DNA from: Trueperaceae bacterium
GTDB taxonomy: Bacteria > Deinococcota > Deinococci > Deinococcales > Trueperaceae
Direction: 5' to 3'
DNA length: 64,000 nt
Assembly: GCA_965215565.1 (NCBI GenBank)
Contig: CBDCDZ010000004.1
Coordinates: 1,376,001 to 1,440,000 of the forward strand
This document shows, in pieces, positions 20,646-30,294 of this stretch. The notes below the pieces were generated by a model that did no database searches, was not told the origin of the DNA, and was given only the letters and a program-made list of their open reading frames with translations. Positions within the stretch are counted from its first letter, which is position 1. Each line of letters begins with the position of its first letter. Made by a program: the position numbers and the translations under genes.

Positions 20646-21284
20646 TTAATTTGCCTGGCTCGAGACCCCCTCCAACTGGTACACCATTTCGTCACCCTCC
20701 CAATTCCGGTTGATGAACCTGTCGCGCCCGGAATTTTGGCGGTAGAAGGAGTAGCTGAGCGAGTTCTTCTTGTAGTAGTTCTGGTGGTATTCCTCGGCGG
20801 GGTAGAACGTGCCGCCATCTACTATCACAGTGGCGATGTCCTTGTTAAATTTACCCGAAGCCTCGAGCGCCTCTCTCGAGCCCTCCGCCAAACGCTTTTG
20901 CTCCTCGTTGGCGTAGTAGATTGCCGAGGTGTAGGACTCTCCCCGGTCAACAAAGGAGCCGCCCGCGTCGGTGGGGTCGTGCATCCGCCAAAAGGCGTCT
21001 AGGAGTTCTTGGTAGGAGATGACGGAGGGGTCGTAGTTCACCTCCACGGTCTCGCGATGTCCGGTGTTGTTTCTCGAGACCTCTTTATAGGTGGGGCTCT
21101 CAGTCTCGCCACCCATATAGCCCGAAATCGCCTCGGAGACGCCCTCCAACTTCTCAAAGTCCGCCTCGGTGCACCAGAAGCAGCCGCCCGCGAAGTAGGC
21201 AACCGCCCCCTCTTGCGCGTCGTTTTGTGCAAAGGTTGTGAAGCCAGTTAAGAATAGAGCTAAAAACAGCAGTTTTCTCGTCAT
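20646..21284 (-). CDS. msrA: Peptide-methionine (S)-S-oxide reductase with signal peptide
   Basis: FAGGCFWC, GYMGG, HDPT, FYPAEEYHQNYY; N-terminal signal-like sequence. Confidence 0.95.
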   Translation of the reverse strand: MTRKLLFLALFLTGFTTFAQNDAQEGAVAYFAGGCFWCTEADFEKLEGVSEAISGYMGGETESPTYKEVSRNNTGHRETVEVNYDPSVISYQELLDAFWRMHDPTDAGGSFVDRGESYTSAIYYANEEQKRLAEGSREALEASGKFNKDIATVIVDGGTFYPAEEYHQNYYKKNSLSYSFYRQNSGRDRFINRNWEGDEMVYQLEGVSSQAN

Positions 21285-21351
21285 GAAGGTCTTCCTTTCT
21301 TACCCTCTATCATGACGTAAAACGCGCCTTATCCCCGTATAACAGTTACTA

Positions 21352-21462
21352 TTAGCAGGTATCATCTGGTTTGAGACACTCTCACTACGCAAAGCGGTGT
21401 CTAGCACGCACATTCGGAGATGATATCTGCGCTCATCCGTCTCAGTATGTCTTGGAACTGCT
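21352..21462 (-). repeat. Conserved 111-nt structured element, copy A (upstream of msrA)
   Basis: Aligns without gaps to 26336-26446 and nearly so to 37663-37776. Confidence 0.8.
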
Positions 21463-21550
21463 ATATATTCGGTTGAGGTGTGAAGGTGGCTCGAGCAAAT
21501 CATCCTTAACAACCCCGAAGCCTGAGGACTCCCCGGAGCATTTCACCGCT

Positions 21551-21886
21551 TCAGTCCTCGAGCCCTAACGCCACACGTAGCGCTTCGTCAAGCTCCTGCA
21601 AGGTGTATTCTCCTAACTTGCCTAGGTAGTTCGTCAGGACGCTTTTAGGCAGGCTAATCAGAGTATCGCAGTGGACACTCGAATCGCGCTTTAACCCTTC
21701 GTCAACACCGACAATGACCTGTGTGCTCAGCGCGTCGTAGCGCGAGTAGACAGGTGCACAGATGACGGTAGAGTATCCCGAGTCGACAACGATTTGGCGG
21801 CTCACCACGACGTAGACACGGTAAGGTCTAGGGTCTTCGTCAGGCGTGTTGGGGCGTTTGACGCGGTAGAGATAGCCGCGCCTCAC
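21551..21886 (-). CDS. PemK/MazF family toxin
   Basis: [28 protein letters not shown] and [11 protein letters not shown] motifs. Confidence 0.88.
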   Translation of the reverse strand: MRRGYLYRVKRPNTPDEDPRPYRVYVVVSRQIVVDSGYSTVICAPVYSRYDALSTQVIVGVDEGLKRDSSVHCDTLISLPKSVLTNYLGKLGEYTLQELDEALRVALGLED

Positions 21887-22140
21887 GGCTGCTCTTCGCC
21901 CTGCTCCTGAAAAATCTCTGAGACGAACGCTAGGTCACTCTGCACCTCTTGATTCAAGGCGTCCGCGGTGGCGCTCAAACGTTCCGCGTCGCGGGCGTCG
22001 CGTTTAGCACGTTCGCGCTGCTGAGCGAGCTGCTGCGCAGCGCTCAGAAAAAAAGCGCTGCGCGACTCGCTCTCTAAAAGTGCGTCGTCTATGCGGCTTA
22101 GCAGTTCAGCGTCCAGAGTAATGCTGGTCTTGACCTTCAT
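21883..22140 (-). CDS. Ribbon-helix-helix antitoxin
   Basis: [19 protein letters not shown] pattern; 4-nt overlap with the toxin. Confidence 0.82.
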   Translation of the reverse strand: MKVKTSITLDAELLSRIDDALLESESRSAFFLSAAQQLAQQRERAKRDARDAERLSATADALNQEVQSDLAFVSEIFQEQGEEQP

Positions 22141-22170
22141 ACCTTATAGTATACCAAGATAGTTGGTATA
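22141..22170 (-). promoter_or_regulatory. Leaderless promoter and palindromic operator of the TA pair
   Basis: TATACCAA-N5-TTGGTATA palindrome (22150-22170) overlapping a TATACT -10 box 7 nt before the ATG. Confidence 0.7.
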
Positions 22171-22201
22171 TCTCTGCATCCACCGACGCATCTTTACCCC
22201 T

Positions 22202-24022
22202 CTACAGCGCGCCTAAAAACCTCTCCACCTGCGGCTTCAAAAGCGGCTCCGCGAACAGAAACCCCTGCGCCTGCGGGCAGCCGAGTTCGCGCAGCGCTCT
22301 GAGCTGCGCCTCGGTCTCCACCCCTTCGGCGACGACTTGGAGACCCAAGTTCTGCGCCATGCTGATCATCGTGCGTACCAGTTCGGCGCTCCCTTCGTCC
22401 TGGGTCATGCCCTCGACAAAGGAGCGGTCTATCTTGAGGGCGTCCACGGGGAAGCGCCGCAAGTAGCTTAGGGATGAGTAGCCCGTGCCGAAGTCGTCCA
22501 AGTAGAGCTTCACGCCGAGCGCTTTAAGCTGGGCGACGGTCTCTTTTACAGAATCCGACGAGTCGATGAGGACACCCTCGGTGATTTCGAGCACGAGCTG
22601 GGTGGGATCGAAATTAGTCTCTCGCAAGAGGGCGCTCACGTCTTCGGCTAGATCGGCGTGGAGGAACTGCTGCGGGGAGAGGTTGAGCGAAAGGGTGAGG
22701 GGACGCCCCGTCTTCCGCTGCCAGCGCACCACCTGCGTACACGCGCTGCGCCAGACCCAAAAGTCCAACTCGCGAATCAGCCCGGCTTCTTCCGCTAAAC
22801 CTAAGAACGCGGCTGGCTCTAAGAGCCCTCTCTTGGGGTGCTGCCAGCGCACCAGCGCCTCGAAACCCAAGAGGTGGCCTGTGACGAGCAAAATAGGTTG
22901 GTACGCGGTGCGTAGCTCGCCCCTGCGCAGCGCGGTGTGGAGTTCGCGCTCGAGCTGCATACTCGCCATCACCTGGGCGTGCATCGCCTCGCTAAAAACC
23001 TCGTAACGGCCCCGCCCCTGCGCCTTGGCGCGGTACATCGCGATGTCGGCGTCACGCACGACCTCTTCAGCGTGGGCGTACGCCGACGTCGAGGTGACGA
23101 TACCGATAGACGCCGAGGTATTCAGCTCATGCTCCTCTACTATCAAAGGTTGCATGAACGCCTTTTGGATGCGCTTTGCTACTTTGATGACCTCGGCGGG
23201 ACGGGTGACGTTTTCTAGCAGGACGACGAACTCGTCGCCGCCCAAACGCGCCACCGAGTCTGCCGGACGCACGCAGCTCTTGAGGCGCTCCGCAATCGCT
23301 CTTAACATCGCGTCGCCTAGTGCGTGACCGAGCGAGTCGTTGACGACCTTGAAGCGGTCAAAGTCCATGTAGAGGAGCGCGGCGGTGTGCTCTTGATGGC
23401 GCACTTGCCGCTTCAAGACCCTCTCTAAGCGCTCGTGTAAGAGGAGCCGGTTAGGAAGCCCAGTCAGCGAATCGTGAAAAGCGTCGTGATAGAGCCGCGC
23501 GTTGGCACGCTCCAACTCAGCGACCTGACTTCGCACCTGGTACTGCCGCGCCCGCGCCCTGAGCGCCATCTTGAGCGTGCTCACAAGCGTACTGATTCTG
23601 ACTGGGCGCTCTAACAAGATGACGTTGCCGAGCAGGTCCAAAGCCCGCAGCGCGAGTACCGAGTCTGTCCCGCTGCGGGTGAGGAGCAACACGGGCAAGT
23701 CCGACCAGCTCGGCTGCGCGTTGAGCACGCCTACAAGCCCTTGAATGTCGCTCAGCAAGAGGGCTTCTTCAGTCAGGACGAGTGCGCCCGCGCCCTCTCG
23801 CAGCCTGTCTAGGAGTAGGGTGAACGTCGTGGCGCTCTCGACCTGGAGATCGGCTCTACCCAAAACCTCTCGGCTCAGGGCGGCGTCGAGCCCGGTAGGA
23901 GCCAGGATGAGAACGCGGTGCTCGAGCGCCACGTTAGTCTCAGCGCCTAGCTCCCGCACTTGGCTATTCAACTCGCTATTCACTTGCTCAGACTCCACCT
24001 TGTGCCGCTCCACCCCTATCAA
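22202..24022 (-). CDS. Degenerate receiver-like domain + GGDEF + EAL protein
   Basis: HDSLTGLPNR, RLGGDEF, FEALVRW, DDFGTGYSS, VAEGVET. Confidence 0.93.
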   Translation of the reverse strand: MIGVERHKVESEQVNSELNSQVRELGAETNVALEHRVLILAPTGLDAALSREVLGRADLQVESATTFTLLLDRLREGAGALVLTEEALLLSDIQGLVGVLNAQPSWSDLPVLLLTRSGTDSVLALRALDLLGNVILLERPVRISTLVSTLKMALRARARQYQVRSQVAELERANARLYHDAFHDSLTGLPNRLLLHERLERVLKRQVRHQEHTAALLYMDFDRFKVVNDSLGHALGDAMLRAIAERLKSCVRPADSVARLGGDEFVVLLENVTRPAEVIKVAKRIQKAFMQPLIVEEHELNTSASIGIVTSTSAYAHAEEVVRDADIAMYRAKAQGRGRYEVFSEAMHAQVMASMQLERELHTALRRGELRTAYQPILLVTGHLLGFEALVRWQHPKRGLLEPAAFLGLAEEAGLIRELDFWVWRSACTQVVRWQRKTGRPLTLSLNLSPQQFLHADLAEDVSALLRETNFDPTQLVLEITEGVLIDSSDSVKETVAQLKALGVKLYLDDFGTGYSSLSYLRRFPVDALKIDRSFVEGMTQDEGSAELVRTMISMAQNLGLQVVAEGVETEAQLRALRELGCPQAQGFLFAEPLLKPQVERFLGAL

Positions 24023-24027
24023 CTGCG

Positions 24028-25530
24028 CTAGACTTCGCCTATATCCGCGTTTGTGGGTTCGGAGAGCACCGGCGTTCCGCGCAAGACGCCCTCGAGTCCC
24101 TCTAGCGCCTCGCCGATGCTCAGCTTTTCGCCGGGCTCCCCTAAATGAAGCTCGCGAATATCGCGCTGATGAGGTCCGTTGCGCTTTTTCAGGACGCTGA
24201 TCGCCTTGCGGACCTGCCCGCTGCGTTCGAAGTAGCGCAGCATGACGACTGAGTCCACCAAGTAACTCGCGTTGACGGGCGTGGTGATATCGTTACCGAC
24301 GAGCCCAGGCTGCGTGACTACCAGGAGCGTCGTGACCCCCTTGCGCCCTAGAAAAGTGAAAAGTTCGTGAAACTGGATTAGAAGCGAGCTTTCGCTCGGC
24401 ATTGCGTGGAGGTAGCCGTTCAAACTGTCGATGACGAGCACGCGCGTGCCGTCCTCGACCATCGCTCGGATCATATGTTCGAAGCTGCCGGGCGAGAGCT
24501 GCGCCGGATCGACCTGCCGGATGTTGAGCGTACCCGCATCTAAAAGAGGCTCCAGGTCGAGCCCTATCCCCTTCGCCCGATTGAGATAGGTACCGCGCCG
24601 CTCGTCAAAGGTGAAAATCACCGCTTTATCGCCCCGCTCCGCGGCGGCAGCGGCGAAGTGCACGCTGATGGTGGATTTGCCCGCGCCGGTGGGTCCTATG
24701 AGCATCGTGCCCGTGCCGCGCTCTAAGCCGCCGCCCAGCATCTCGTCGAGCGTCGGAACGCCGCTGGTAATGGCTCCGCCAGAGCGCGTGTCGCCGTGCT
24801 CGGCCGCAACCAAACGCGGAAACACCTCTAAGCCGCCCCGCAAAATGGAGAAGTCGTGGTAGCCCGGGCGGTAGGTGCGCCCGCGCATCTTGATAATGCG
24901 CAGTCGCCTATGGTCCACGCCGTATTCGGGCGAGAGATGCTCTAAATACATCACGCCGTGCGCCGCGTTATGCAGGTTGTGGTACTCGTCGCTCATGACG
25001 GAATCGTCTAGGAGGAGCACCGTGCAGCTATGTTGCGAGAAGAAGTGCTTCAAGGCCAAGACCTGCCGCCTGTAGCGCAGCGGGTCTTGCGCCAACATGC
25101 GAATTTCGGCGAGCGAGTCGAACACGACGCGCTTAGGCTTGAGCCGCTCGACCTCCGCTAAAACGGTCTGCGTCGTTTTACTCAGCTCGACCTCTGAAGG
25201 GTGGAACATGGTGTACTGCACGTCCACGCCCAAGTTCTCCTCGGAGACGTTCAGCTCAGAGATTTTAATCTTTTCGCTATCTAGCGACCAACCATGCGAA
25301 TGGGCCACCTCGCGCAGTTCCTCTTCGGTCTCGGATAGGGCGATGTAAAGCCCCTGCTCACCTTGCGCGACGCCGGTGAGCAAAAACTGCAGCGCCAGCG
25401 TCGTTTTGCCCGCGCCGGGCGTTCCCTGCACGAGGTAGAGACGCTCTTTGGTGAGTCCGCCGTGCAGAACGTTGTCTAAACCTGCAATACCTGTCGCTGC
25501 AAATTTGTCTTTGTGGACCGTATCAGCCAC
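24028..25530 (-). CDS. KaiC-like double-domain RecA-superfamily ATPase
   Basis: Two P-loops (GTPGAGKT, GPTGAGKS), IKMRG and LKKRNG; start estimated at GTG 25530. Confidence 0.9.
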   Translation of the reverse strand: MADTVHKDKFAATGIAGLDNVLHGGLTKERLYLVQGTPGAGKTTLALQFLLTGVAQGEQGLYIALSETEEELREVAHSHGWSLDSEKIKISELNVSEENLGVDVQYTMFHPSEVELSKTTQTVLAEVERLKPKRVVFDSLAEIRMLAQDPLRYRRQVLALKHFFSQHSCTVLLLDDSVMSDEYHNLHNAAHGVMYLEHLSPEYGVDHRRLRIIKMRGRTYRPGYHDFSILRGGLEVFPRLVAAEHGDTRSGGAITSGVPTLDEMLGGGLERGTGTMLIGPTGAGKSTISVHFAAAAAERGDKAVIFTFDERRGTYLNRAKGIGLDLEPLLDAGTLNIRQVDPAQLSPGSFEHMIRAMVEDGTRVLVIDSLNGYLHAMPSESSLLIQFHELFTFLGRKGVTTLLVVTQPGLVGNDITTPVNASYLVDSVVMLRYFERSGQVRKAISVLKKRNGPHQRDIRELHLGEPGEKLSIGEALEGLEGVLRGTPVLSEPTNADIGEV

Positions 25531-25697
25531 CGCGCCCACCGCGCCGAATCTTTGTCTGTGCTCGAATCTGAAGTCTCTGTATGAAATCCATTGGCCCCCA
25601 AGCAAGCTCTCTACCAGGAGCCTATCAGCTTGCACCTTGACCCGCTGCGAGATGTTAGATATGTCACTTGGGGTCCCGCTCCAACAAGCGCAAGCTC

Positions 25698-26207
25698 TTA
25701 TTCGGTGGCTGGGGCAACCTTAGAGGCGCGCAGCCGCTCGGCTAACTCAGTGTGACCGTGACTTTGGGCGAGTTGAAACGCGGTGAAACCTCTTGCATCT
25801 ACCGCGTTTGGTTCGGCACCCCTAGCCATCAACAGTTCGGCGATCTCCGGCTGATTGAACATCGCCGCGAACATGAGCGCCGTCGCGCCTGCGCCGTTGC
25901 GGGCGTCGGGGTTTGCACCGCCTTCTAAAAGCTGCTCAGCAACGTCCGCGTAGCCCTTGAAGCACGTGCCCATAAGCGGCGTGTTGCCCGCCGGGTCGGG
26001 GCGGTCAGGGTCTGCGCCGCGCTCTAAAAGCAGCGTGGCCATCTCTCTTTGCTGGTTATACGCTGCAATCATCAAAAGGCTGTAACCCTGCTCATTCAAG
26101 AGGTCGGGCTCTAAGCCCGCCTGCAAAAACGCTGCCATAACTTCGGTATCTCCCCGGCGGGCGATTTCGTGGAAGTCTACGTTGCTTAAATCTATGGGGT
26201 CGGACAT
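25698..26207 (-). CDS. Ankyrin repeat protein (catalase-associated, AnkB-like)
   Basis: Repeats GYSLLMIAAYN, GNTPLMG and GATALMFAA; downstream of catalase. Confidence 0.9.
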   Translation of the reverse strand: MSDPIDLSNVDFHEIARRGDTEVMAAFLQAGLEPDLLNEQGYSLLMIAAYNQQREMATLLLERGADPDRPDPAGNTPLMGTCFKGYADVAEQLLEGGANPDARNGAGATALMFAAMFNQPEIAELLMARGAEPNAVDARGFTAFQLAQSHGHTELAERLRASKVAPATE

Positions 26208-26335
26208 GAGGTTCCTTTGGGGCTCGAGGTTCTGATAGCGAGTCAGCGCTTCAGCGTTTCAGGAAGATCTCGAGGCTGGCGTACTTTCATCTTGATATTG
26301 AAGCTGAGCAACGCTTTCTTCTAAACGGAACAAGC

Positions 26336-26446
26336 AGCAGTTCCACGACATACTGAGAAAAAGTGTCGCAGATATCATCCCATAATGTGCGTGCTAAGCA
26401 CTATCTCTTACGGTGAAAGTGTCTCTGACCAGATGATACCTGCTAA
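26336..26446 (+). repeat. Conserved 111-nt structured element, copy B
   Basis: AGCAGTTCCA..ACTGAG-N10-GCAGATATCATC..GTGCGTGCTA..GTGA..ACCAGATGATACCTGCTAA. Confidence 0.8.
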
Positions 26447-26511
26447 AGCAAATAGAAACATCCACCGCGTCTCATTCACGCGGCGGATGTCAAGACCAAA
26501 CTTAAAACTTC

Positions 26512-28014
26512 TTAGCTAAGAACCGCTTCGCCGTCAGGCACGTCGTCGTTGACAGCCAGTTCACCGTGGCTCGGGGCTTGCTCTAAAAACGCCCGCACGC
26601 GGCGTCCGTAGTCCTCGTCCGCAAGGTCGAAGTGCGGCAGTTGCCGGTCGATAATCTCTTGACTGCAGCCGCCCAACGTCGAGGCGATCGCCTGCGCGAG
26701 CCGGTCTTTTTGCCCCTCGTCGAACATGCGGTACAAGTTGCCCGCTTGAGTATAGTCGTCGTGGTCCTCGCGCGAGTTGTAGCGGTCCACGGTCACGTCG
26801 CCCAAGTGCCACGCGGGTTCGGCGTAGGCAGGGTCAGGGCGCGGCGCACCTTCGACGCTGTTAGGGTAGTAGTTCGGGTGCCCGGTGCCCTCGGCTGCGT
26901 ACATGCCGCCGTCGCGCTGGTAGTACGACACCTCCGCCTTGGGCTGATTGACCGGAAGCTGGCGGTAGTTCGTGCCGATGCGGTAAAGGTGCGTGTCCTG
27001 GTAGCTCATGAGCCGCGCCTGGAGCATCTTGTCCGGGCTCGGACCGATACCGGGGACGAGAGAGCTGGGGTTAAAGGCGGACTGCTCGATGTCGCGGTGG
27101 TAGTTCTCGGGGTTGCGGTTGAGTTCCATCACGCCGACTTCGGTTAAGGGGTAGTCCGCGTGCGGCCACACCTTGGTCAGATCGAAGGGGTCCCACTCGA
27201 ACTGCCCGGCTTGCTCCTGCGTCATTACCTGGATGTACACCTTCCACTGCGGAAAGTCGCCCTGCTCAACCGAGCGGAAGAGGTCGCGCTGATGGCTCTC
27301 GCGGTCTTGCGCAATGAGTGTCGCCGCTTCATCGTTCGTCAAGGTCTCGTGACCCTGCTCGGTCTTGAAGTGAAACTTGCACCAGACGCGCTCGCCCTCG
27401 TCATTGATGAGCGAGAAGGTGTGCGAGCCGTAGCCGTTCATGTGACGGTACGTTTTGGGGATGCCACGGTCCGAGAAGAGGATGGTCACTTGGTGCAGGC
27501 TCTCCGGGCAGAGGCTCCAGAAGTCCCACTGCATGTTGCCGTCGCGCAGGTTGGTCTGTGGGTGGCGCTTCTGCGAGTGGATGAACATTTGGAACTTGTA
27601 GGGGTCGCGCACGAAGAAGATGGGCGTGTTGTTGCCGACCATGTCCCAGTTGCCCTCTTCGGTGTAGAACTTGACCGCAAAACCGCGCGGGTCGCGCTCG
27701 GCGTCGGCTGCGCCGCGCTCACCTGCAACCGTGGAGAAACGGGCGACGAGTTCTGTCTTCTTGCCGACTTCGGAAAAGAGCGCGGCGCGGGTGTACTTCG
27801 TGATGTCATTTGTGACCGTAAAGGTGCCGAACGCGCCCGAACCCTTCGCGTGCACGACGCGCTCGGGGATGCGTTCGCGGTTAAAGCGCTGCATCTGCTC
27901 TTGCAGTTGCACGTCCTGCATCAAGAGGGGTCCGCGTGGACCTGCCGAGAGCGCGTTTTCAGCGTCCGCAATCGGTGCGCCGTCTGCCGTGGTGAGCCGT
28001 TTCTTGTCCGCCAT
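26512..28014 (-). CDS. katA: Monofunctional heme catalase (small subunit)
   Basis: FNRERIPERVVHAKG, RFSTV, VGNNTP, proximal ligand RLMSYQDTH. Confidence 0.95.
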   Translation of the reverse strand: MADKKRLTTADGAPIADAENALSAGPRGPLLMQDVQLQEQMQRFNRERIPERVVHAKGSGAFGTFTVTNDITKYTRAALFSEVGKKTELVARFSTVAGERGAADAERDPRGFAVKFYTEEGNWDMVGNNTPIFFVRDPYKFQMFIHSQKRHPQTNLRDGNMQWDFWSLCPESLHQVTILFSDRGIPKTYRHMNGYGSHTFSLINDEGERVWCKFHFKTEQGHETLTNDEAATLIAQDRESHQRDLFRSVEQGDFPQWKVYIQVMTQEQAGQFEWDPFDLTKVWPHADYPLTEVGVMELNRNPENYHRDIEQSAFNPSSLVPGIGPSPDKMLQARLMSYQDTHLYRIGTNYRQLPVNQPKAEVSYYQRDGGMYAAEGTGHPNYYPNSVEGAPRPDPAYAEPAWHLGDVTVDRYNSREDHDDYTQAGNLYRMFDEGQKDRLAQAIASTLGGCSQEIIDRQLPHFDLADEDYGRRVRAFLEQAPSHGELAVNDDVPDGEAVLS

Positions 28015-28215
28015 GATGCCTCCTTGAGACTCGAGGGTTGCGTTTTAGGTGGTTAGGTGGTGTTGTAAAGGTCGTTGAACCGACGCCCCCACTTTACCCA
28101 AGCAAGATGAGGATGCCTAGTCTTTCAGTTGACGTTTAGGTACTCGCTTTGGGTAGAGGTGCGCGCGTACTTGGTGTGTTGGAGAAAGAGGTCTATATCC
28201 ATCTACATTTTGTAC

Positions 28216-28467
28216 TCAGTCTCCATAAGCTTCGCTATAAGGCTTGCCAAAGTTTTCAATCAGCTTGTCAACCACCGTCCGGTTAGCCCCCTCTAAGCTG
28301 GTACCTTGACCCATAAGCTCTCGCTGAGCAAGAAGCGCGTCCAAGTCACCCTCTAAAAAGGCAATCGTCGCGTCAACATAGGCGTTCCAGGGGGATGTGA
28401 ACCCGCCAGCCTCGTCAACTGGGTAAGAAGGAAGAGGGTTTGCATTATCCGGTAACCTAACGGACAA
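28216..28467 (-). pseudogene. Possible C-terminal gene remnant (hypothetical)
   Basis: Protein-like WNAYVDATIAFL...FGKPYSEAY; the start overlaps the end of the kinase gene. Confidence 0.4.
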
Positions 28468-29416
28468 TGTCGCTGTGCGCGTTGTCCAAAAGCCGGTCTA
28501 GCTCGAGCCGACTCACCACGGGCTGGTCGCCATATTGACTCAGCGAGAGCGCCGCGCAGAGCACGCCGTAATGCAAGCCCGTCGCGAAGTCGTCCTGTAA
28601 AATCCCGTGCAGCACGCCCGCCACCATCGAATCGCCTGCGCCGATGCGGTCTAGGATGACAACATCTCTGGCGGGCACGTGCGTATACCTCTCGCCGTCC
28701 CAACCCATCAAACCCTCGCTCGACATGGACATCACAATTTTGCGAGCATGGGTGTGTTCGGCAAGTTGCGCGATGACCTCTTCAGGCGTACCCCTAAATC
28801 CGAAAACCGTCTGCGCGTCGCTGCGTCCGCAAAAGAGGGTGTCGAGGTCGCGTAACAGGGGCAGCACCGCCGCTTTCGCCGCCTCGGGCGTCCACAAGCG
28901 GCTGCGGTAATTCATGTCGAAACTGACGGGCACACCTGCTTCTTTCGCCCGCGCCGCCGCCTCTTTTAGAACCTCTTCGCTGTTGCCACACAGCCCCACC
29001 GTGATGCCCGAGAGGTGCAGCAGGCGCGTGTCTAAAACGTAGTCCCAGTCGATATCTTCGGGCGTGAGCTGCGTGAAACATGTGCCCCGGCGGTCGTAGT
29101 AGACCTGCGTGGAGCGCGGCGGCACGGCGTACTCGACGTAGTAGGTGGCGAGGCGGTGGTCGTGTGACCACTTCACCGCAGAGAGGTCCAACCCGGCAAA
29201 GCGGTAATCGCCCGCGACGCGGCGTCCTAGCGGCGTGTCGGGTAGAGCGCTGACCCAGCCACAGCGCCAACCCAACCGCGACAATGTCGAGGCGACGTTG
29301 CCCTCCGTGCCCGAGATATTCACGTCGAACTGTTTAGCTTGCTCGAGCATCATGCCTGCGGGCACAGAAAACCTGAGCTGCCCCTCCCCTATCGTCGTCA
29401 CGTCAAAGCGCGGCAT
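28457..29416 (-). CDS. PfkB family sugar kinase (2-keto-3-deoxygluconate kinase-like)
   Basis: GTEGNVA, HLSGIT, SFDMNYRSRLW, DRIGAGD. Confidence 0.9.
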   Translation of the reverse strand: MPRFDVTTIGEGQLRFSVPAGMMLEQAKQFDVNISGTEGNVASTLSRLGWRCGWVSALPDTPLGRRVAGDYRFAGLDLSAVKWSHDHRLATYYVEYAVPPRSTQVYYDRRGTCFTQLTPEDIDWDYVLDTRLLHLSGITVGLCGNSEEVLKEAAARAKEAGVPVSFDMNYRSRLWTPEAAKAAVLPLLRDLDTLFCGRSDAQTVFGFRGTPEEVIAQLAEHTHARKIVMSMSSEGLMGWDGERYTHVPARDVVILDRIGAGDSMVAGVLHGILQDDFATGLHYGVLCAALSLSQYGDQPVVSRLELDRLLDNAHSDIVR

Positions 29417-29502
29417 CGCCCTGCCCTCCTCAAAATTCAGTTCATCTGTTCTTTCTCACTCTACTAAAATGTAGTCGAGACCGCAATAGTAAATATTCAT
29501 TC

Positions 29503-29520
29503 TTTGAACACATGTGCAAG
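29503..29520. promoter_or_regulatory. Palindromic operator upstream of the sugar kinase
   Basis: TTTGAACACATGTGCAAG, 16/18 identical to the reverse complement of 35006-35023; abuts a minus-strand TTGACT. Confidence 0.65.
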
Positions 29521-29530
29521 TCAAGGACAT

Positions 29531-30217
29531 TTACAGAGACCGCAAGAGGTCGAGCGAACATCCGTTCAGTGAAGCCAACACGGTATCGGCTCGAGCCAAC
29601 ACCTCTTCATCCACCGGAAATCTCTCGTCAGGAACAGCGATGACTTTCATGCCCGCGTTCAGACCCGAGAGGATGCCGTTTTTCGAATCCTCCAAGCATA
29701 CACACTTCTCCACGTCAACGCTTAAACGCTTCGCCGTCTCCAAGTAGACGTCAGGGTGCGGCTTACCTCTTTCTACTTGGTCGGCGGACAAGATAATCTC
29801 AAACTTACCGCTTAGCTCAGGCGAAGAGGTCACGAGGTCGATTAAGCTGCGCTCCGAACCCGAGGCGAGCGCAGTCCGGTAGTGCGCCGCTGCCAAATCC
29901 ACCGCTTCTATTGCACCTTCACGAAAGGGGATTTGCTCGTTGTAGATGTCCCGCATCCGCTCGACAACCTCTTGGATGATCTCTTCTAAAGAGGTCTCTA
30001 GCTCCCACCTGTCACGCATATAGGTGGCCCATTCCTCCGTCGAGACGCCCATGATGGCTGCGTGGTCGTCCTCGTTCCAAGACCTACCCAAACGAGCTGC
30101 CATATCGGTTCTAGCTTGGTCCCACTTAGGTTCCGAGTCGATGAGGAGCCCGTCCATGTCGAAAATGACTGCGCTGAGCAAAATGCCACCTCCAGTGAAG
30201 TGAATAGAATGTGGCAC
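29531..30217 (-). CDS. HAD family phosphatase
   Basis: FDMDGLLIDSE, GKPHPDVY, EDSKNG. Confidence 0.92.
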   Translation of the reverse strand: MPHSIHFTGGGILLSAVIFDMDGLLIDSEPKWDQARTDMAARLGRSWNEDDHAAIMGVSTEEWATYMRDRWELETSLEEIIQEVVERMRDIYNEQIPFREGAIEAVDLAAAHYRTALASGSERSLIDLVTSSPELSGKFEIILSADQVERGKPHPDVYLETAKRLSVDVEKCVCLEDSKNGILSGLNAGMKVIAVPDERFPVDEEVLARADTVLASLNGCSLDLLRSL

Positions 30218-30294
30218 TTCTTCGTGACTCTTGGCTGTTAGCTTTTAGGTCTTGGGTTTAGCTAATGGCTAACAGCTGATACCTAACAGCTTCC

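Noticed and set aside
21300..21568. Small ORFs between msrA and the toxin gene
   Set aside because: They overlap the non-coding repeated element and show no coding features
21551..22140. Functional link between the MazF-like toxin and RtcB
   Set aside because: The end chemistry is compatible, but the genes are about 17 kb apart with no sequence evidence of co-regulation
27160..28056. 298-aa ORF antisense to catalase, and similar long shadow ORFs elsewhere
   Set aside because: Typical antisense shadows of GC-rich coding regions, with no protein motifs
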